The notes: generated from the letters alone by a model not told the origin. DNA of 63,819 nucleotides, filler included, from Lama guanicoe (GCA_013239625.1; 192 parts of 192 records of this genome joined end to end with filler, not necessarily neighbours in it), one strand, 5' to 3'; positions 36,849-48,319 are shown, counted from the first letter of the whole stretch. Made by a program: numbers and translations.

Positions 36849-37679
36849 NNNNNNNNNNNNNNNNNNNNNNNNNNNNNNNNNNNNNNNNNNNNTTAATTAA
36901 TTAANNNNNNNNNNNNNNNNNNNNNNNNNNNNNNNNNNNNNNNNNNNNTCTGCTCATCTTATTTTCCAATTATGGCTTTTTGATTCTATTGTTAGCAATG
37001 CTAAGGGAGGATTCCATATATTTACTTTAAAAGGTCAAAGATTTCCAAGGAAACACTGAACTAAAAGTTCATCTGGGGAAGAATAGGGGTTGGGACAATA
37101 TCTTAGCCAGAAATTAGCACTGCCCTGGCTATTTCTGAGGGCCACAGCGAGTGGGCAGGAACCCCCTTGGAATTCTGTCCCNNNNNNNNNNNNNNNNNNN
37201 NNNNNNNNNNNNNNNNNNNNNNNNNTTAATTAATTAANNNNNNNNNNNNNNNNNNNNNNNNNNNNNNNNNNNNNNNNNNNNAAAAAAAAGCACCTGGGGC
37301 TTATATCCCTTAATTGGTTTGAGCTCTAAATGGACAAATACACAAATTTTTTTTTAAATTGCTAAAAACAAGATTCTCTGTCACGTTGAATAATAGAGTA
37401 TTTTGAAGTTTAAATAAATACCAACAATAGAGGTATGAGGGAGGAAAAATATAAAATACTGATACTTTTTTTTTTATTTGACCTTAAGGTGCATTCTTAA
37501 GTACATAGGAGAGANNNNNNNNNNNNNNNNNNNNNNNNNNNNNNNNNNNNNNNNNNNNTTAATTAATTAANNNNNNNNNNNNNNNNNNNNNNNNNNNNNN
37601 NNNNNNNNNNNNNNTGTCCCTTTTTTATGTCACCATTCTCCTCTCCTGTCTTCTCTGTCTCACCGCCAGGTAACGTTTT

Positions 37680-37847
37680 GCTGGTCTGCCTTCTGTTTTC
37701 TGAACATGCCAAGGTTGTCCACCTGCGGCATCTTTGCACTCACCTTCCCTCTGCTGGGAATGATGGCTGATTCCTTACAACTTAGGTCTCAGTTCTTAGG
37801 AGTCTTCCCCTCTCGTTGCTTTTTGTTTTTGTACCTGGTTTTATTTC
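37680..37847 (+). mobile_element. LINE-2 fragment
   Basis: ctgttttctgaacatgccaagg...ctttgcactcaccttccctctgctgggaatg...ttaggtctcag. Confidence 0.6.
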
Positions 37848-38613
37848 NNNNNNNNNNNNNNNNNNNNNNNNNNNNNNNNNNNNNNNNNNNNTTAATTAAT
37901 TAANNNNNNNNNNNNNNNNNNNNNNNNNNNNNNNNNNNNNNNNNNNNAATGATTCTGCTTAAAACTCAGATGACTGTACTATGATTTAGCTCAGTTTTGG
38001 CCCAGGAGAAGATAGTTCAGTGGAGTTGGATAGAGACATCAGAAATGAATCATGAATGATGGCCACTGTTTCTTTAATTGATATTTTTAAATGGTAAGTT
38101 TGATAAAGGTGAGATAATTTAGGATACTTGCGTACAAGTAGCTGGTTTTATATGATCTTAATCCACCTTTTAAAAGGTGGNNNNNNNNNNNNNNNNNNNN
38201 NNNNNNNNNNNNNNNNNNNNNNNNTTAATTAATTAANNNNNNNNNNNNNNNNNNNNNNNNNNNNNNNNNNNNNNNNNNNNCTGGAGACCCTGAACATTGG
38301 AACCGTAAGTCTCCTTCCCGGGACCATGTACCATCAGCTCACCCGTTCCCTGGTGTGTATTTGCGCATGGGTTCACGCACACATACACACACACGTACAC
38401 ATCGGTGAACCTATTTTGCAGGGAAAAAATGCCCACCTGTTTCCCAGCGATGACCTAGAGCAGCAAAAGACATGTGAACAGTGGTCAAGCTTCTAGTCTC
38501 TCTTTGGGGCTAGNNNNNNNNNNNNNNNNNNNNNNNNNNNNNNNNNNNNNNNNNNNNTTAATTAATTAANNNNNNNNNNNNNNNNNNNNNNNNNNNNNNN
38601 NNNNNNNNNNNNN

Positions 38614-38846
38614 AATAAATTCACAGATGTCGAGGCATAAAACAGCAGGAAATTATTATCTCACTGAATCCATGGGTCAGAAGTCTAGACACAGGTTAGC
38701 AAAATCACCTGCTCAAAGTCTCACCAGGCTGAAAGCCAGCCAGGCATCCAGGTACTGCCTCTGGTACCTGCCATGGCCACTTTCACAAAACTAGAGATTG
38801 TTTCTGCTGCCATTTCCTCCCACACTTCCATGTCCCTTTTCTGCTT
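38614..38846 (-). mobile_element. MLT1 LTR fragment
   Basis: taaaacagcaggaaattattatctcac...ggtcagaagtc...ctgctcaaagtctcaccaggctgaaa. Confidence 0.6.
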
Positions 38847-39279
38847 NNNNNNNNNNNNNNNNNNNNNNNNNNNNNNNNNNNNNNNNNNNNTTAATTAATT
38901 AANNNNNNNNNNNNNNNNNNNNNNNNNNNNNNNNNNNNNNNNNNNNAATACCCATTTCATTTTTTCCCTATAGATTTCAAGTCACTGTTGAAATTATCCT
39001 TTTCTTCCATTTTGTTCATATTTTCCTCCATTTAACATTATTTATAATAGTTATTTAAAGTGTTATCTGAATTATCTGTGGCTCTCATTCTAATACCGAT
39101 CTCTTCTTTTGATTATTGGTTATATTTTCCTATCTTTTCACATGTCACATATAGAAACACTCCCAATAAAACAAAACAANNNNNNNNNNNNNNNNNNNNN
39201 NNNNNNNNNNNNNNNNNNNNNNNTTAATTAATTAANNNNNNNNNNNNNNNNNNNNNNNNNNNNNNNNNNNNNNNNNNNN

Positions 39280-39511
39280 CACCAAACTGCATTCCCACCA
39301 GCAGTGTAGGAGGGTTCCCTTTTCTCACGGCCTCTCCAGCTTTTATCATTCACGGGCTTTGGAATGATGGGCATCCTGACTGGTGTGAGGTGGTACCGCA
39401 TTGTAGTTCGGATTTGCATTACTCTAATGATCAGCAACACTGAGCATTTTTTCATGAGCCTGTTGGCCATTTGTATGTCTTCACTGGGGAATTGCTTGTT
39501 TAGGTCTTCTG
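39280..39511 (-). mobile_element. LINE-1 ORF2 C-terminal region fragment
   Basis: Minus [39 protein letters not shown]...[20 protein letters not shown] matches ORF2. Confidence 0.95.
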
Positions 39512-40277
39512 NNNNNNNNNNNNNNNNNNNNNNNNNNNNNNNNNNNNNNNNNNNNTTAATTAATTAANNNNNNNNNNNNNNNNNNNNNNNNNNNNNNNNN
39601 NNNNNNNNNNNGGTGCCAGGACCGGGGTGCGGGCGGTCCCCTCACCGCGCCAACGACCGATAGTCAGAGATGGACACGCGTGGTTCCGCTGCCGCCACCG
39701 TGGGCCGGTGACCCTCACAATGGGGCCCGCAACACTGAAACACAGCCAGACGGATGCACCTCCACTCACCGCACGTGGGGTGAGCAGGGGAACTGCATCG
39801 ACGCTGGCAAAAACCAAGTTGTTCCCCGAGAGATCCAATTATACNNNNNNNNNNNNNNNNNNNNNNNNNNNNNNNNNNNNNNNNNNNNTTAATTAATTAA
39901 NNNNNNNNNNNNNNNNNNNNNNNNNNNNNNNNNNNNNNNNNNNNCCCTCGCTGAGAGACGTCCCTGCAGCTGCAGGTGAGCGCATGAGACAGATGCTTCC
40001 TCAGGCCCGTCCGGCCTGTCCGAGAGCTTTTCTGGAAGCCTTACTCACTTTGTTGCGTCTCTGTCACTGTGCCCTCTGCGCAGGGGAGCCCGGGAAGCAT
40101 GCGCTTTAGCAGAGCACATGGCCCTCGATCACGTGGGCTCTGGCAGTGGTGGGATGAGTGTTGGAGGCCGGGAGCCTNNNNNNNNNNNNNNNNNNNNNNN
40201 NNNNNNNNNNNNNNNNNNNNNTTAATTAATTAANNNNNNNNNNNNNNNNNNNNNNNNNNNNNNNNNNNNNNNNNNNN

Positions 40278-40472
40278 TCTGATATGAGTATCGATACCCC
40301 CACTTTCTTGTCATTTCTTTTTGCATGAAACATCATTTTACATCCTTTGACTTTCAATCTGTATGTGTCGTTTGCCCTAAAGTGGACCTCTTATAGGTAG
40401 CATATTGTAGGCTTTTGCTTTATTATCCAGTATACAACTCAGTGTCTTTTGCTTGGAACATTTAATCCATTC
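40278..40472 (-). mobile_element. LINE-1 ORF2 endonuclease-domain fragment, followed by poly(T)
   Basis: tctgatatgagtatcgatacccccactttc...catcctttgactttcaatctgtatgtgtc...ctcttataggtagcatatt...catttaatccattc. Confidence 0.88.
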
Positions 40473-41276
40473 AGTTTTTCATTTTTCTTTTTTCTTTCTT
40501 TTTTTTTTTTNNNNNNNNNNNNNNNNNNNNNNNNNNNNNNNNNNNNNNNNNNNNTTAATTAATTAANNNNNNNNNNNNNNNNNNNNNNNNNNNNNNNNNN
40601 NNNNNNNNNNAGGGAGCCACAGGGACACTCATTAAACATTTACAGAAAGATTAATTACATTAACTTTGATGAGTCTAGAGAAATAGAATATAAAATTGTG
40701 ATATGGTTACAGATTAGTTGTCTACTGTCCTTGACCCAGTTTGTTAAATGTCTGACTTTTTGATGGTCCACACCTTCTCTTATCTCCATTTTTGCTTTCA
40801 GTAAGCCACTGAGGGGATGGGTCAAGCCCTGCCAGGGGGTTTGNNNNNNNNNNNNNNNNNNNNNNNNNNNNNNNNNNNNNNNNNNNNTTAATTAATTAAN
40901 NNNNNNNNNNNNNNNNNNNNNNNNNNNNNNNNNNNNNNNNNNNGCCCTGGAGGGAGAGGGTTGCAAACTTCCTGTAAAGATCTAATCTGAAGTTCAACAG
41001 CTGGCTACACCCTTTGCGTCTGAAGAACGTCCAAATTGAAGGTCATAGCCTCATAAAGGTCACAGACTTTTCATACAAGATTGGTTTTTTAACCTGATTA
41101 CTCCTTTTATGAAAAAGTATGTCATTCGTTCAGTCTTTGCCTCTGGGTTTCTTTCAAAGGGAAAGTTAGTCCCTAGNNNNNNNNNNNNNNNNNNNNNNNN
41201 NNNNNNNNNNNNNNNNNNNNTTAATTAATTAANNNNNNNNNNNNNNNNNNNNNNNNNNNNNNNNNNNNNNNNNNNN

Positions 41277-41509
41277 CAAAGTCCTGAATGAGAAAAAGCT
41301 GCAACCTAGGATACTCTATTCAGCAGGATTACCCTTTAGACTAGAAAGAGAGAAAAAGAATTTCACAGACAAGCAACAACTAAAAGAATTCAGAATACTA
41401 AACCTATGATAAAAGAAATATGGAAAGATTAACTCTAAATAGAAAAGAAAAACAGGAAACTACAGAAATGAGAAAACCATAATTGGAAATGCAATAACTA
41501 CAGTGAATT
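41277..41509 (+). mobile_element. LINE-1 ORF1 C-terminus
   Basis: Translates KVLNEKKLQPRILYSAGLPFRLEREKKNFTDKQQLKEF, like ORF1 LQPRILYPARLSF...KNFTDKQKLKEF. Confidence 0.9.
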
Positions 41510-41609
41510 NNNNNNNNNNNNNNNNNNNNNNNNNNNNNNNNNNNNNNNNNNNNTTAATTAATTAANNNNNNNNNNNNNNNNNNNNNNNNNNNNNNNNNNN
41601 NNNNNNNNN

Positions 41610-41842
41610 GTCCCCGGGTGGGCGCTCCCCCGCCCGGAGGGCTTGCCTTCGGGGGCCGGGGGCCCAGAGCAGCCCCGCCTGCGCCAGCGGGGCCTGGACT
41701 CACTTCCGCTGCCTGGGGGCCGAGACCAGGAGGAGACGGAACCCGGGCCCCCTGCCCGCGGGCCCCCAGAGCGGTGGCAACGACTCAGGGCATGGGGCCC
41801 CCTGGCCGCGCGGCAGGCCGGCCCTCTCCCTTTCTCAGGGCG
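41610..41842. promoter_or_regulatory. CpG-island-like fragment
   Basis: Very high GC with abundant CpG (cgcccgg, gcgccagcgg, ccgcgcgg). Confidence 0.5.
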
Positions 41843-41942
41843 NNNNNNNNNNNNNNNNNNNNNNNNNNNNNNNNNNNNNNNNNNNNTTAATTAATTAANN
41901 NNNNNNNNNNNNNNNNNNNNNNNNNNNNNNNNNNNNNNNNNN

Positions 41943-41954
41943 TACCTCCATTAA

Positions 41955-41992
<38 letters not shown>

Positions 41993-42045
41993 ATAAATAA
42001 ACCTAGTTACCTTCCCCACACACACACACAAAAAGAATTTAAAAA
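41943..42045 (+). mobile_element. 3' part of a Vic-1-like SINE containing (AAT)11 (41958-41990)
   Basis: tacctccattaa...aaataaacctagttaccttcccc matches the tail of the adjacent copy. Confidence 0.75.
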
Positions 42046-42059
42046 ATGGTAAATGCAGT

Positions 42060-42175
42060 GGGGAGCGTATATCGCTCAGTGGTAGAGCGCATTCATAGCA
42101 TGTAAGAAATCTTGGGTTCAATCGTAAGTACCTCCGTTAAAAAAATAATAATAACAAATAAACCTAATTACCCCC
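42060..42175 (+). mobile_element. Camelid Vic-1-like tRNA-derived SINE
   Basis: GGGGAGCGTATATCGCTCAGTGGTAGAGCGCATTCATAGCATGTAAGAAATCTTGGGTTCAATCGTAAGTACCTCCGTTAAAAAAATAAT...AAACCTAATTACCCCC, with A box, B box and A-rich tail. Confidence 0.88.
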
Positions 42176-42608
42176 NNNNNNNNNNNNNNNNNNNNNNNNN
42201 NNNNNNNNNNNNNNNNNNNTTAATTAATTAANNNNNNNNNNNNNNNNNNNNNNNNNNNNNNNNNNNNNNNNNNNNATATATACAATTTTTATTTGTCAGT
42301 TGTATCTCAGTAAAGCTGTGGGGGGAAATGAAGTTGCTGTTCCATTGTGGGGAAAAAAAATAACAGTAAATGAAGACTAATGCAGCAGCATCTCTGACTG
42401 CTGTCTTCCCTCCCTTCTGGTCACTCTGGTGTTGTTGCTTTTTTCTTTCCTGGTTCTTGTGTGTCTCTTTGGTAAAAGTATTCTGAAAGTTTTCCTTTTT
42501 ATTCTGTTNNNNNNNNNNNNNNNNNNNNNNNNNNNNNNNNNNNNNNNNNNNNTTAATTAATTAANNNNNNNNNNNNNNNNNNNNNNNNNNNNNNNNNNNN
42601 NNNNNNNN

Positions 42609-42841
42609 TTTTTTTTTATATCATGCTTTTCCCTCTGAGACTCCTATGAATCGTAGTCTTTCATGCTTTATCTTACCCCAGGATTCAACAGCAATATTTT
42701 CATTGGTTTTCACTTGCTTTTCTATGTCATCTTCTGATAGCAGTATTTCTGTTCCCCTGTGTTCACAGACATTCACGAGTCCCTATGCATTATCTAGTCT
42801 GCTTAGGACTGAATTAACCCTGCTATTATCTCATCCATTGA
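42609..42841 (-). mobile_element. Degenerate LINE-1/HAL1 ORF1 coiled-coil fragment
   Basis: Minus translation ...SRLDNA*...WGKIKHERLRFIGVSEG resembles ORF1 SRLDQAEE...WDNIKRTNIRIIGVPEG. Confidence 0.7.
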
Positions 42842-44939
42842 NNNNNNNNNNNNNNNNNNNNNNNNNNNNNNNNNNNNNNNNNNNNTTAATTAATTAANNN
42901 NNNNNNNNNNNNNNNNNNNNNNNNNNNNNNNNNNNNNNNNNATACCTCCTATCAGATTGCCACACCCCACACATCTGAGCCCTTTAGCTTTAGAACTTCT
43001 TGTCAGATCAGCTGCCAAAGGCATGGTCTGGACAAGACATACACCAGAGGGTCAGGGAGCCGGGCAATCCATGTGGACTACAGCTATCAAGGAATACTTC
43101 CTGGAGGAGGAGGAGGAGCTTCAATTGCCTCTTGAGCATAGTGAACTGTCCTAGTTGGCCTGGGACAGTTTCTANNNNNNNNNNNNNNNNNNNNNNNNNN
43201 NNNNNNNNNNNNNNNNNNTTAATTAATTAANNNNNNNNNNNNNNNNNNNNNNNNNNNNNNNNNNNNNNNNNNNNTCCTTCAAACATGAGTCACAAGTGCA
43301 AATTTAAGAAATATATGGTCAACGTTTGTCATGATACTTCCCATGGACTGTCTGCAGGCACATAAAGCGTAAAATGAGGACACTAGTCTAAGGAATGTGG
43401 CATGCAGTTACATTGGGGAAAAGAGTGACTCTGAGTTCAGAAAGTTCTCATTTTTCCATAGTCTTCACAGTCCGCCAAAGGCCCCTTGAAAAACAAGTTC
43501 ATAGAGANNNNNNNNNNNNNNNNNNNNNNNNNNNNNNNNNNNNNNNNNNNNTTAATTAATTAANNNNNNNNNNNNNNNNNNNNNNNNNNNNNNNNNNNNN
43601 NNNNNNNTGACGTTTAGGTAGCTTGGAGGTTGAATGACTCTAACAGACCCTTAGAGTGGTTTGATTTGGGGGACCTTCAGCATCATTTAAATATTTCTTG
43701 TTTCATTGGAAGTGTTTATTGAGCTCCTGCATCTGAAAGCTACTATCGGGTGCTGTGGAGAACCCATGGTGGTAGTAATAGTGAAATTAACAACAGCTAG
43801 TACTTAGACGCTGTTGTGAGTGCTTTATGTGTAGGAATTCNNNNNNNNNNNNNNNNNNNNNNNNNNNNNNNNNNNNNNNNNNNNTTAATTAATTAANNNN
43901 NNNNNNNNNNNNNNNNNNNNNNNNNNNNNNNNNNNNNNNNACCCGGAGCGAGGTGGGGAGTGAAGGTGTTTCCCGGTTCTCCACGAGCTTGGCATTGAAC
44001 TCTGAGCATGTGGGCTTTCCTAACCCCACTGGACTATTCAGTAGCTTCCCTGGAATGCCTACGCCATCTCTTTTTGTTGTTACTTCTTACATCTCTCGGT
44101 CAGATAATATACTCAGCTAGTGGAAGCCCAGCGTGATGCCAAGTGGGAAATACAGGAGTCGCAGAAGGGTCCANNNNNNNNNNNNNNNNNNNNNNNNNNN
44201 NNNNNNNNNNNNNNNNNTTAATTAATTAANNNNNNNNNNNNNNNNNNNNNNNNNNNNNNNNNNNNNNNNNNNNTCTTGGTGGGTTTCCCTACTCCAAGGT
44301 TCTAACTAGATAGCCCTCAGAAGTTTATTTTAAAAGAGAAATTGTAATTCTATTTAGGCCACTATTGACATTACAATTTGGGAGACCTCACCTGGGCAAA
44401 TAATAATACCTGCTCTGAGCCTGACCATAAATATGAAATTTCTTATAAGATCACTCAAGCTCAATCAAGACAACAAGCAAGATTTCCACCAAAGAATATA
44501 ACCTTCNNNNNNNNNNNNNNNNNNNNNNNNNNNNNNNNNNNNNNNNNNNNTTAATTAATTAANNNNNNNNNNNNNNNNNNNNNNNNNNNNNNNNNNNNNN
44601 NNNNNNACTCATGGTAGGGATCGCATTAAATTTAAGTGACATGGAAGCACAGAGAAAGGGGATATTTCAAGGTCTCTTTGTAATTTACACTTCAGCGTAA
44701 ATAATTTTGAGGTATTTTCTTTAAATTGAGTTTTCATACGAGAGACAGAAAACTGAAAGAGAGAAGAGGAAAAAAACAAAGGTTCTGATGAAGGGGATGC
44801 ATTAGTCTACTATGGCTGCCATAACAAAATGCCCAGATTNNNNNNNNNNNNNNNNNNNNNNNNNNNNNNNNNNNNNNNNNNNNTTAATTAATTAANNNNN
44901 NNNNNNNNNNNNNNNNNNNNNNNNNNNNNNNNNNNNNNN

Positions 44940-45172
44940 TGTCCAAGGCTCCGCCCCAGGTCCCCACCCCTTACCCTCGGCACATCTAGAGAACACTCAG
45001 CCCCGCCCCTCCTACTCGGACACCACTCCTTCACAGGCCATTAGCCACGCCTCCTCCCTGCGCGTCGGTCCTACGACCCCAGCTCCGCCCCAATGTCGCG
45101 TCTGCGCACTAGAGAACGCCCAGCCTGTGGGCGGAGCCACGCCGGCGCCGGGTACCGCCCATGGCCCCGCCC
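44940..45172. promoter_or_regulatory. GC-box-dense CpG promoter-like fragment
   Basis: Six Sp/KLF cores: CCGCCC at 44951, 45003, 45085, 45155 and 45167, and GGGCGG at 45129; CpG-rich. Confidence 0.6.
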
Positions 45173-45414
45173 NNNNNNNNNNNNNNNNNNNNNNNNNNNN
45201 NNNNNNNNNNNNNNNNTTAATTAATTAANNNNNNNNNNNNNNNNNNNNNNNNNNNNNNNNNNNNNNNNNNNNCGTGAGTAGTTTCTATTGAGGGAAAAAT
45301 ATAAAAATATATAATATTGTATAAAATGCTTGGATATCTAAGAACAGAATCAAAATATCTGCCACCTCAAAACCCTCTGGAAATGTCAGGGTGTTTGTAC
45401 TCATCCAAGGCTAC

Positions 45415-45505
45415 AACCCACAAACTTTTGGTCAATTAATCTTTGACGAAGGAGGCTAGCATGTACAATGGAGTAAAGACAGTCTCTTCAGCAAATGGTG
45501 TTGGG
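45415..45505 (+). mobile_element. LINE-1 ORF2 fragment
   Basis: ggtcaattaatctttgacgaaggaggc...tacaatggagtaaagacagtctcttcagcaaatggtgttggg. Confidence 0.85.
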
Positions 45506-46271
45506 NNNNNNNNNNNNNNNNNNNNNNNNNNNNNNNNNNNNNNNNNNNNTTAATTAATTAANNNNNNNNNNNNNNNNNNNNNNNNNNNNNNNNNNNNNNN
45601 NNNNNTTGGGACTCTTTTACATAATAACTTACTTATCCTGCTGAACTGATGTGTTTCCCTGAGAAACAGTAAGATAATTAAAAACATTCAGTTCATTACA
45701 GGGCTGGCTTGGTGGGGAAGAAGGAGGTAAAAGACTAGTTTCTGAGGTTCCAGAATCTGAGCTACAAGGGAAAGAAAAAGTTAAATAGGTGGCGTTATTG
45801 GCTTTTATTTGTTAGAAATGTTATAAGAAACATGCTTTNNNNNNNNNNNNNNNNNNNNNNNNNNNNNNNNNNNNNNNNNNNNTTAATTAATTAANNNNNN
45901 NNNNNNNNNNNNNNNNNNNNNNNNNNNNNNNNNNNNNNTTGAAAACCACTTATCAATCTAAGTGGAAATTCCTTACCCAAAAGAGTGTACATTGTCTTTT
46001 TTCCTCAATTTTTTAAAAAAAAGTTCTAGAGCAGTCAAATCAAAGCTATGGTTTTAAAAAAGTGCGGTTCTGGTTATATCTAGGGACAAGATTGTGGGAC
46101 TTGACTGAGAAAGAACACCAGGGAACTTTCCTGGATCATGGCAATGTTCCCTACCTCATAGGTTGCATTTANNNNNNNNNNNNNNNNNNNNNNNNNNNNN
46201 NNNNNNNNNNNNNNNTTAATTAATTAANNNNNNNNNNNNNNNNNNNNNNNNNNNNNNNNNNNNNNNNNNNN

Positions 46272-46272
<1 letters not shown>

Positions 46273-46306
<34 letters not shown>
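46273..46306. repeat. (AT)17 microsatellite
   Basis: Direct AT run at the contig start. Confidence 0.95.
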
Positions 46307-46309
<3 letters not shown>

Positions 46310-46319
46310 CATATATATA

Positions 46320-46504
46320 TGAATATTAGGCAGTCATAAAAAATGAAAATTTGCCATTTGAAGGGTATTATGCTTTGTGCAAAGTCAGGCAGAATAAAAC
46401 AATACTGTATGTTTTCACTTATATGTGGAATCTAAAAAATAAAAAAAAATGAAGGAATATAACAAAACAGAAATAGACTCAGATACAGAGAACAAATGGA
46501 TCAG
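46320..46504 (+). mobile_element. LINE-1 3' region
   Basis: aatactgtatgttttcacttatatgtggaatctaaaaaataaaa...ataacaaaacagaaatagactcagatacagagaacaaa. Confidence 0.88.
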
Positions 46505-46604
46505 NNNNNNNNNNNNNNNNNNNNNNNNNNNNNNNNNNNNNNNNNNNNTTAATTAATTAANNNNNNNNNNNNNNNNNNNNNNNNNNNNNNNNNNNNNNNN
46601 NNNN

Positions 46605-46837
46605 TAGAACACAGAGTTTAGAATATAGAATACCGAATGCAGAATATAGAATTAAGAATATTGATTCAGGAACACAGAATATTGAATATAGAATACAGAA
46701 AACAGAACACAGAATATAGAAAAAGGAATGCAGTAGTGAGGGTTTATGTCATAGAATACAGAATACTGAATATACCATTTAGAATATGCAATGTAGTACA
46801 CACCATATCGAATATAGAATAGAGAATATAGAACCAA
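46605..46837. repeat. Degenerate 7-bp satellite (AGAATAY)n, same family as 21299-21530
   Basis: Same heptamer; shares the variant ATGTAGTACAC with the other contig. Confidence 0.9.
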
Positions 46838-46937
46838 NNNNNNNNNNNNNNNNNNNNNNNNNNNNNNNNNNNNNNNNNNNNTTAATTAATTAANNNNNNN
46901 NNNNNNNNNNNNNNNNNNNNNNNNNNNNNNNNNNNNN

Positions 46938-47126
46938 CCCCTCCCCTTTTTAGTATAAAGGGAGCCTGAATTCTGACTGGAGGAGGTGGTTCTTCAAGAC
47001 ATTAATCTGCCATCCTCTCCATCTGCAGGCTTTCCAAATAAAGTTGTCATTCCTTGCCCCAACACCTCATCTCTCTATTTACTGGCCTGTCATGTAGCGA
47101 GCAGAAGGAGTTTGGACTGGGTAACA
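46938..47126 (+). mobile_element. ERV LTR, U3-R-U5 3' part
   Basis: TATAAA 46954-46959, AATAAA 47037-47042, ends GTAACA at 47126; no TGG primer-binding site follows. Confidence 0.75.
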
Positions 47127-47936
47127 GGAACACAATGATCAGAGAACAAAATTATTTTGGTGGTAAAGGANNNNNNNNNNNNNNNNNNNNNNNNNNNNNN
47201 NNNNNNNNNNNNNNTTAATTAATTAANNNNNNNNNNNNNNNNNNNNNNNNNNNNNNNNNNNNNNNNNNNNAAATTTTATATTTAACTTACTTTAGGTTAA
47301 TTTAAATTTAAGAGCCACAGGCTAGTTAGTGGTTTCTGTGTGGGACAGCCCATATCTAGAGGGTAAACTCGGAAATGTGTGGCTATCTAAACCAATCACT
47401 TTACCTCTTTCTTGTCAGGGAAGTTCTAATATTGATGGACCTCACGGGGGAACAGGAAGTGTTGGCCCTCAGGTAGGTATAGCCACTTGTTGGATGTATT
47501 TTANNNNNNNNNNNNNNNNNNNNNNNNNNNNNNNNNNNNNNNNNNNNTTAATTAATTAANNNNNNNNNNNNNNNNNNNNNNNNNNNNNNNNNNNNNNNNN
47601 NNNGTGCCAATAAAAACAAATAAACCTCCAAACACAACATCCTACAAGATCCCGGAAAGAAAAGTGAAATACTCCCAGTGATGGTTCTGAGGGAAGGCAA
47701 CTGTGAGTGGAGCACTCTATGCTGTCTTTCAACTGTCAGAATAAATGAGCACATTTGCCAGCATTCAGGGTCTCAGCCATTCCCCACGTGCAGAGACTCT
47801 GAAAGAGTCAATAGAGGGTGCTCTCCAGCAGCAAGANNNNNNNNNNNNNNNNNNNNNNNNNNNNNNNNNNNNNNNNNNNNTTAATTAATTAANNNNNNNN
47901 NNNNNNNNNNNNNNNNNNNNNNNNNNNNNNNNNNNN

Positions 47937-48169
47937 CTGGTTTATTCCACTGGGGCATGTACCGCAGTGTAGAGCCTACTGATTTATATCACTGGGTAAT
48001 GCACAGAGGTGTAGAACCCACTGGTTTATTCAACTGGGGCATGCACCGCGGTGTATTCCCCACTGGTTTATTCCATTGGGACATGGAGCGCCGCGTAGAC
48101 CCCACTGGATTATTCCACTAGGGCATGCACCGTGGAGTATTCCCCACTGGTTTATTTTACTGGAGCATG
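47937..48169. repeat. 42-bp tandem repeat, 5.5 in-phase units
   Basis: Units at 47937, 47979, 48021, 48063, 48105 and 48147; consensus approximately CTGGTTTATTCCACTGGGGCATGCACCGCGGTGTAKWCCCCA. Confidence 0.95.
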
Positions 48170-48319
48170 NNNNNNNNNNNNNNNNNNNNNNNNNNNNNNN
48201 NNNNNNNNNNNNNTTAATTAATTAANNNNNNNNNNNNNNNNNNNNNNNNNNNNNNNNNNNNNNNNNNNNTGCAGTCAAACTAATAATTCTACCCAATAAA
48301 ACTGAAAAAGGAAAAAAAA

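Noticed and set aside
38281..38310. Exon ends suggested by GTAAG/GTGAG donors near contig starts (also 24961, 30289, 32620, 39945)
   Set aside because: Only about 10-30 nt precede each donor, too short to identify or to distinguish from chance.
42060..42135. tRNA gene (also 5069-5158 and 55928-56014)
   Set aside because: A and B boxes are present, but the copies are mutually diverged, lack an intact cloverleaf and run into A-rich SINE tails.
47937..48169. CRISPR array or iteron cluster
   Set aside because: Head-to-tail diverged 42-mers without unique spacers, in mammalian DNA.
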